From the human T2T-CHM13v2.0 reference genome, Homo sapiens, in assembly GCF_009914755.1 (NCBI RefSeq), contig NC_060943.1: a DNA stretch of 64,000 nucleotides; one strand, given 5' to 3'. Numbering within the stretch: position 1 is the first letter of the stretch; each line of letters starts with the position of its first letter. The notes beneath the pieces were generated by a model. That model searched no databases. It saw only the letters and a program-made list of their open reading frames with translations, and was not told the DNA's origin. Both the position numbers and the translations under genes were made by a program. Below are positions 1-64,000 of the stretch, in pieces.

Positions 1-34
1 GGCGAGGCGGGGGGTGCTGGGCCCTTCATAGAGC

Positions 35-178
35 CCCACAGTCCCCCAGACCCTCCTTAGAATCCCACAGTCCCCAAGATCCTCCTTAGAATCCCACAGT
101 CCCCAAGATCCTCCTTAGAATCCCACAGTCCCCCAGACCCTCCTTAGAATGCCACAGTCCCCCAACCCTCCACAGAGC
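35..178. repeat. 29-bp minisatellite, about 5 copies (cccacagtcccccagaccctccttagaat)
   Basis: Units start at 35, 64, 93, 122 and 151; the last is degenerate. Confidence 0.9.
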
Positions 179-302
179 CCCCAGACCCACCAGAACTTCC
201 ACAGACGCCCCCACTAGCTACTCCACGAAGCCCCCGAGCCTCGCCAGACCCCCAGGGGGCCTCTGACGCTCGTGACCACCACCTCCCTCAAACCTTGAGA
301 TA

Positions 303-612
303 GGCTGGGTGCGGTGGCTCACGCCTGTAATCCCAACACTTTGGGAGGCTGAGGCGAGCAGATCACCTGAGGTCCGGATTTCAAGACCAGCATGACCAAC
401 ATGGAGAAACCCCGTCTCTACTAAAAATACAAAATTAGCCGGGTGTGGTGGCACATGCCTGTAATCCCAGCTACTCCGGAAGCTGAGGCAGGAGAATGGC
501 TTGAACCCAGGAGGTGGAGGTTGCTGTGAGCCAAGATCGCACCATTGCACTCCAGCCTGTGCAACAAGCGAAACTCCGTCTCAAAAAAAAAAAAAAAACA
601 AAAAAACAAAAA
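303..612 (+). mobile_element. Alu (S-type), full length
   Basis: GGCTGGGTGCGGTGGCTCACGCC... dimer with an A-tail. Confidence 0.95.
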
Positions 613-688
613 CCTGAGATAGAGCCAGGGCCCCGGTCTCTGAAACAAGCCCCCACCACCCCGGCCCCCCACTTTCCTGTCTCTGCAG

Positions 689-4598
<3,910 letters not shown>

Positions 4599-4734
4599 CG
4601 TCCAGTGAACTGCGCTGGCCGCAGCTTCTTGGGAACAGTGCAGGAGGGATGGGCTGGTGGGGTGAGAGGGGGTCTATCATCTCCTGGCCCCCCCTTGCCT
4701 CTGGGTACCTGGTGGATAGCTGCCTTCTCCTGCG

Positions 4735-4740
4735 ATTAAA
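4735..4740 (+). terminator. KLC3: KLC3 poly(A) signal ATTAAA
   Basis: ATTAAA about 137 nt after the stop codon; the only canonical-type hexamer before the ERCC2 stop. Confidence 0.8.
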
Positions 4741-4869
4741 GGCTGTGGACGTGACAGTGAGAAATGTCACCTGACTTCATAAGACCTTCTAGCACCACCG
4801 CCGCTGGGAACCAGGGCCAGGCAAGACTCAGGAGTCACCAGGAACCGTTTATGGCCCCACCCGCCCCAC

Positions 4870-23778
<18,909 letters not shown>

Positions 23779-24099
23779 GGCGCCGGCCGGACTGTGCAGC
23801 GGGGTCGACCCGCCTCCCTCATGAATATTCAGCGAGAGGCCGGGTCGTGGACATCCTCGAGGGCTCGCTCCACCTATATTACGAGACCATTGGCTAACCT
23901 GCCCGTCAATCCGCTAGGGCAGAGCCAATCGGGATACTGCGCGTGCGCACGGAAAAGCGAGGGCGGCTGACTCTCGGGTGAGGCGGTGCGGGAGGCGTCA
24001 CTGAGGATCGTCGAGGGCCAATCAAAAAGAAAACATGGAAGGGAAAGAGCCGAGAGACTCGATCTCATTCACTAGAATTTGGTCCTCCTGCGCCTGCCA

Positions 24100-32854
<8,755 letters not shown>

Positions 32855-32891
32855 TCAAAAGAGAAGAAAGTCAATTTCTGTGCAAACTACT

Positions 32892-32897
32892 TTTATT
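32892..32897 (-). terminator. PPP1R13L: PPP1R13L poly(A) signal AATAAA
   Basis: Plus-strand tttatt about 530 nt after the stop, with U-rich sequence downstream on the minus strand. Confidence 0.75.
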
Positions 32898-33426
32898 TAT
32901 AAGGAAAGTTTCTCTATTTTGTTTATAAACATTAAACCAGTGCTGTGTGAAGGCACTTAATTGGGGAGAGGTGGGGCAGGGATCCTGGTAGAGACCAATG
33001 TTTCCCACCCAGACCCCAAGACTGCTGGGAGAGATGGTGTCAGCAGTGACTCCCAGGAATATCCAGTGGTGTGGTGGCCCATCCCAGGCCCGGCTGGGCA
33101 GGTGGCTGGCTTGCTGGGGGATGTGATGATGGTGGTAGGCATGGGAGGCACTTTGGACGGGATCTGATTTGGCAAAAGGAAGTGGTTTCCTGTCCCCAGT
33201 GATTTCCAGCCCTTCCCAGACCTCCCAAGGCTAAGGCAGATTACTAAATTTAAGGCTGGGGCCCTCCTTCTTCCCTGGACTTCCAGGAGAACAGAGAACC
33301 GGTGGCAAGGACCACCACCAGCAGGGTGAGGGGTGCAGATAAAGGCAGCAAAAAACAGAGGGAGAGGTCTGGAGGGAAGGCAGGAATGCTTGTTTCTGTC
33401 AGCCTCAGAAACCTCCTTCTATCCTG

Positions 33427-51561
<18,135 letters not shown>

Positions 51562-51809
51562 GGTGCCGGCCGGAGCGGGCGCCTGCATGGTGGGGAGGGA
51601 GGGAGCTGGCTAAGACCCCGCCCCTCTAGACCCCGCCCTCAGGGAGTCAGACGCCGTCAGGAGCGGGACAACGCCTCAACTCAGTTCCTTCCCCTGGAAG
51701 CCCTTTACCCTTTCACCTCCCCAGCTGGGAAATGCCAACTCCTCCAAAGCCAAGTCCATGCGCCACGGAGAAGTCCAAACCCAGTCTAAAACCTCCGGAA
51801 TTCACTTTC

Positions 51810-55620
<3,811 letters not shown>

Positions 55621-58245
55621 GCGCCATGATCCCCAAATTTCCAAGATTCTCAGATTCCATACTGACATTCTCTGGCTCTCAGGAAATGCCAACCCTGGGT
55701 GTGGGGCTGTCGCGGGGACAGGCGGTGGGGACGTCGGAGCCACCAGGGGGCGGTCACGCCCGGACCCCCGCCAGGAGGGCGGACTGCGCCTGAGCTCAGG
55801 CCCGGGGAATGCGCAGCGGGCCCGGGCAGGTGCTGTACATCCCGGGGCAAGGGAGCTGGGCCGGGCGGGGTACAAGGGCGGGGCGCGGGGGTGGCGCGGG
55901 CCGTGTGTCTGTTCCCAGGCCTCTGCCCCTGACCTCTGCCTCCGAGTCCTCTCCCATGTGCTCCCCTCTAGCTCTAGCTCCGAGCTCTCCCGCGGGCTCT
56001 GGGCCAGCCGCAGGTACTCTCCCCTGGGCTCCTCTCTCCGCTCCACCCCTGGCTCTCCTTCCCTGGCCTCCTCTGCACCCCAGCCAGGTTCTTTAGGGCT
56101 AAGGATCCTGTGGACTTCCTGGAGGAGTCATCTTCAGTAGGAACCGGGTCAGAGAGCCAGACTGAGCTGGGAACACCCAGGCTGGACTCCTACAGCCCTG
56201 TCGGGTCACACTGAATCTGGAGAGGCTCCACTGTCTCTGGGACTCGGTTTCCTCCTTTGTGGACGTCTATGGAATGGGCTAGGGCCTTTCTTGCTCTAAG
56301 CCTCTACTTGGGCTTGTTATTTAGCTTCTCTGTGCCTGTTTCCTCATGTGGACCATGGGAAGAATTAATACCTTCGCCTCAAAGGGGTATGAGGATTGAG
56401 TGACATAATTTATAAGCCGTGATTAGAACAATGCAGTGCGCGAAATAAAGTTCACACATACAGGATTCATAATTACCAGATGTCCTTGGCTGTTCATTAT
56501 AATAACACAGGGTCTGGCAACAGAGTGAGGGGTCCAGACTCAATGTAATTTTTTTTTCCCCTAAAAGGGCCCTTTCAACTCTTTCTGAGATCATACAAGC
56601 CCTGAGTTTTGACACCCAGGGTCTCAACTTCCTGAGCCCTTGCCTCTCAGAGTCCTAAATTTCCCCTGTACATTCCTGAGTCTGGCCAGTGATCACCCTC
56701 AGTCACTTAGGGACGGGAGGGCTGGGAGAGCCCTGGAAGATTCCAGACAGAAGCTGGCAAAAGCCCAGGGTGTGGGCAATATCCACTCTCCAGCCTCCGT
56801 TTCTCCACTCGTAATGAGGAGTCCTTCCCTGGGGTCAGCAAACCTTATTCAAAGGGAGACCTCTCAGTCACCCAAGATTCCTCTAGACAATGCGAGCTTT
56901 CCTACCTACCTACCTACCAGCTCTGAGCTTGGTACACCCAGAGCCCTGTTTTGGCAACCACGGTTATTATTTTTAATTTCATTTCAGGTTATCATCAAAT
57001 GCCCTTCAAGCCCAGACATTGGGAAACACTCCTCTCTCATCAGATGCTCGCCTCCCCCATTCTGTTTTTAATCCCCCTTCTTAGGACGCATGGGGGTGGA
57101 GAGAACGGGGAGATAGACAGAGGGAGGTGCCTGGTCCTGCCCTCCCCCCGCCTCAAGGACAGACAGACACCTCCAGAATTAGCCTCTGTCCCTCCCTTAT
57201 CTCCCACAATACCCCAGGTCAGACAGATGGGCGTGGAGGTGACATTTCTCACCTCAGGGTCAGGGCAAGGAGCCCTGAGGCAGAAGGTTAGTCAGAAAAT
57301 CTGGCGGGGGCGGATGGAATCCCGTCCCCCAGAGAGCTGCAGAAGAAGGAGGAGGCAGAATCCTGACCCTACAAACTCTACTGCCTGTGTGAGCTCCAAG
57401 CCTCAGTTTACCCCTTCCTCTCCGTGTAATGGTTAAATGCCCGGCTATGCAAACCTCCCAGAATCCAATAGCCGCTTTCCGGAATTCTGCCCTGGGTTCT
57501 AGAACTACCTCTGCAAACCCAGCTGTTTCCCACCCCATAAGGCAATAGGGGAGCCCACCTCCGCCAGGGGGTGCCCTAGGGCGGATGTCCCTTCTCTGGT
57601 TAGGCAGGTCTGACGCCCAGGTTAATGACATGTTGGGTTCGCTCAGCGGCACAGAGGAGGTTGGAGATCTGCCTCGGTGTTTTCTCTCCTACCCCGCCCC
57701 CATCCCCGAGCCGAAAAGTCGGGGGAGAGCCGGGACACAGCCTCCGGAGGGACCCCGGGTACCTGTCCTGCTCCACTTCAGGAACCCAGGCTCCACTATC
57801 CCTGCCCCACCCTTAATTCTGCTCAGAGACCTAGAAGATCGGTCGAGACAGCAGCTTGAGGCTGGCAGGGTGGTCACCCATTCCACCTTGAGCCCCACCA
57901 GTCTGAGCCTCTCATTTCTGACCAAGACTCGGGGATTCGAACCCCTATACTACCCAAAGACTCGGCTTCCTAGAGCCCCCCAGTTCGAGGGACTCAGGAA
58001 TTCCAGCTCCAACGTCTCCCCGGGATGAAGGGGTAGAATCCCTCCATTCCAAGAATTCAGGCATCCGAACCCGCTTTCCTTCCCTCCAGTAAAACAGGCA
58101 ACGGAGTTTCCTTCTAAGGATCCAGGTGTCGGCGCGCCCCAAATTCCGCCCTGGGACCTGGCGTCCGAGTCCCCTCCCAATCCTCCCAGGGACGCGGGTG
58201 TTGGGCTTTTTCAGGGCCTCTGGTCCCCAGGAGGGTGAAACTCAC

Positions 58246-58310
58246 GGATCCGGGCAGATCCTGGCACCTGGGGGCTTCCTCCAGCTCGGGCTCCGGCTTG
58301 GGGAGCGGAG
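58246..58310 (-). other. PPP1R13L: Non-coding first exon of PPP1R13L (proximal promoter); 5' end approximate
   Basis: Donor GATCC|gtgagt at 58246/58245 with a GC box (ggggcgggg, about 58314-58322) just upstream. Splices to the acceptor at 51582. Confidence 0.7.
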
Positions 58311-59538
58311 AACGGGGCGGGGCAGGAGCTGGGAACAGGTTAGACGACGTGACTTGGGCTGGAGGGAGGCGGGTCCCGGTGGGGAGGGGGAGCCAAGGTC
58401 GCCTCGAGCACCTTGGGACTTGTAGTCCCGGAGGGACAGGACGTAGCCCAAGACGATCCCATTTGGATTCACCCAGAGTCCATTTCACAGACAGGAAGGG
58501 CGAGGCCCAGAAGCCGAGAGCGACCAGGCCAGGGAGATACAGAAGAGCCGAGACGCCTGCCTCGCTGTGGCTGGAGACTGACTCCTGAGCCCTTGCCCCA
58601 CCCCTTCAGGCGCACTATCCCCTTTCCTGATCAGTATCCCCCAGGGTCTCTGAGCCCGAATCTCCCCGTCGATAAAAAGCGCGGGTTGGATCTTCAAAGG
58701 ATGTCCCAGCAAGAGTTCAAAATCTTAGTTTGGACTACAACCCCCAGCAGCCTCCGCGACCGCCCTCGGGCGACTCTTTGCCTCGGGTCCTGTGGGAATT
58801 GTAGTCCTGGAGCCCGCAGGGGCTGCACCCCGGTGTCTCTCTCGCCCACGCGAAGGAAACCGTCTGGAGATCCTGGATAGGGGAAACATTTCCCCTTCCC
58901 CTTGACCCTCCCTCCGCTCTGGAAAGCCTCTCCCACCTGGGGAGAAGGGGTGCCCCAATTCTGGAGTAGGATCCTAAATCTTGGCAGAGGGGGCGGGAAG
59001 TGGCGCTGACACACTGGCCAGGAATGCAGTCGGGTCACCCTGTCTAGCCACCGTCTCGCGGCTCCAACCGCCGCCCAACGCGGGGCGGCCCCAGTGGGAA
59101 GGGAAGTGGGTGCGTCCCCCAAATCTGTGTCCACGTGCCGCTGTTTACACGCTCCCTGGGGCAGGGAGGAGTCGCCGATCAGGTCCCTTCCTGAAAGTCA
59201 TCGAGGTTTCCCACGCATGAGACTAAACCCCCGAGGGCATCTACAAGTCCCATTTGATCCACAAACGCTACACCGTGCCCAGCACCACTCCACGCGTGTG
59301 GGGCTCCTGGGTCCGAGGCTCCGCCCTCGAGAACCACAAGCTCCTCCCCCTATGTTTCCCGCTCCCCCGGAGTCCAGAAGCCCCGCCCCTGGCTGGAACT
59401 TCACGCCCTCCGGACGGATTGCCCCTATTTCTCCATTTTCCCGCTTCTCCCAGTCAAGTTCTGAACTTGTGAGGCATCTGGGCCTCCCCAGAAGACATTT
59501 AACACAGAAAGCACAGCCCTACTAACTAGTATTCTTAC

Positions 59539-59600
59539 CTGTCTCTTCAAGAATTTCAGACCAATCGACCGTCCTGTCTCTTTAAGGCTTAGGAAGAGCA
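59539..59600 (-). other. PPP1R13L: Alternative distal non-coding first exon of PPP1R13L; 5' end approximate
   Basis: Strong donor ACAG|gtaaga at 59539/59538 within the promoter island shared with POLR1G. Confidence 0.6.
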
Positions 59601-59943
59601 GTGTGGCTGCCCCTTTAAGGAGGCGTTGCAACAAACCATATTGGACAGACGATGGGGGCGACCCATCGGGACCCGACGGGCCTCTGACTCCAGCAATACA
59701 GCGAATCAGCGGCTTTCGGGAATACATTTTTCGGAAAAAGACTTCTTCCTCGGTTTTCTGCTCTGCACACGTTGAAATTTTCCCCAGTTTTTCCTGCAGA
59801 TCGGGAGTCGAGCAATGCCTACCCCCGCGCTCCCGCACCAGTTGGGCGCTCCCGGATGATGCCCTACCCCTTTGGATCCACGTGGTCTGCAACCTGGTGC
59901 GAGCAGCCCGGGCTACAGGGTTGCCTGAGGTGTGGGTCCCAGG

Positions 59944-62748
<2,805 letters not shown>

Positions 62749-62881
62749 TCTGCCCCCGGGAAACTGAGGAACTAAAGAAAGCTGAAGGTGCCCACCTGGG
62801 CCACCAGAAGGTGACACCCCCAGAATCCCTCCCCAGAGACTGCACCAGCGCAGCCAGCAGGAGCCTGGCCTGGGAGGACGA

Positions 62882-62887
62882 TTTATT
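62882..62887 (-). terminator. ERCC1: ERCC1 proximal poly(A) signal AATAAA
   Basis: Plus-strand tttatt about 35 nt after the stop. Confidence 0.85.
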
Positions 62888-62921
62888 ATTACACTGGGGG
62901 TTTCCTTGGCAGCTGGGGTCA

Positions 62922-62972
62922 TCAGGGTACTTTCAAGAAGGGCTCGTGCAGGACATCAAACAGCCTCCGGGC
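62922..62972 (-). CDS. ERCC1: ERCC1 last coding exon ([16 protein letters not shown])
   Basis: Acceptor ccatccag| at 62973/62972, 16 codons, then TGA TGA. This is the recognisable C-terminus of the ERCC1 HhH2 domain and is not in the supplied ORF track. Confidence 0.95.
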   Translation of the reverse strand, partial: ARRLFDVLHEPFLKVP

Positions 62973-63124
62973 CTGGATGGGAGGGAGAAAAAAATGAGGA
63001 ACCAGTCATTAAAGGAGCTGTTTCCTGGGTAAATCTAGAGTGGGGTTTTGGTTCTTTATTTTCCCCTATACCCTCAAGCATTTATCCATTGAGTTACAAA
63101 CAATCCAGTTACAATCTTTTTAAG

Positions 63125-63730
<606 letters not shown>

Positions 63731-63744
63731 AGTTATTTTAAAAT

Positions 63745-63810
63745 GTACCATTATTATTGACTATAGTCACCTGGTTGTGTTATCAAATAGTATGTCTTAT
63801 TCATTCTTTC

Positions 63811-63845
<35 letters not shown>

Positions 63846-64000
63846 TACCCATTAACCTTCCCCATCTCCCTGCCAGCCCCTAACTACCCTCCCCAGCCTC
63901 CAGGAACTATCCATCCACTCTTATCTCCATGAGTTCAATTGTTTTGATTTTTAGATACACAAATAAATAAGAACATGCAATGTTTGTCTTTCTGTGCCTG
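63745..64000 (-). mobile_element. L1MA-type 3' end with internal (TG)n 63813-63844
   Basis: attattgactatagtcacc...cttattcattct...gtacccattaacc...tttgtctttctgtgcctg. Confidence 0.75.
63962..63967 (+). terminator. POLR1G: POLR1G distal poly(A) signal AATAAA (proximal ATTAAA at 63008-63013)
   Basis: AATAAA followed by CA and a GU-rich element (tgtttgtctttctgtg). Confidence 0.65.

Noticed and set aside
35-178. CRISPR-like periodic 29-nt repeat
   Set aside because: The units are contiguous with no unique spacers; this is a eukaryotic minisatellite.

Overview
Human (primate) genomic DNA, GC-rich and very Alu-dense, recognisable from its spliced translations as the 19q13.3 DNA-repair cluster. It contains the 3' ten exons of KLC3 (+), all of ERCC2/XPD (-, 23 exons, 760 aa) and all of PPP1R13L/iASPP (-, 12 coding exons, 828 aa). 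It also holds all of POLR1G/CD3EAP/ASE-1 (+, 3 exons, 510/512 aa) and the last coding exon of ERCC1 (-). I placed exon boundaries by hand from GT/AG sites; the cumulative lengths give intact frames of the expected sizes. Most ORFs in the supplied track are Alu or antisense-shadow artefacts. I see no new protein-coding system. The strongest cross-cutting pattern is that the convergent antisense overlaps (ERCC2/KLC3, ERCC1/POLR1G) and a truncating ERCC2 last exon all end at poly(A) signals inside transposon remnants (MIR, LTR, L1, L2). Smaller observations: a dense nuclear-receptor half-site cluster in a KLC3 intron, a splice-toggled overlapping ORF in POLR1G, a solo LTR nested in an Alu, and a micro-duplication bracketing the iASPP SH3 exon. 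Repeat subfamily names are from recall and were not confirmed by RepeatMasker.
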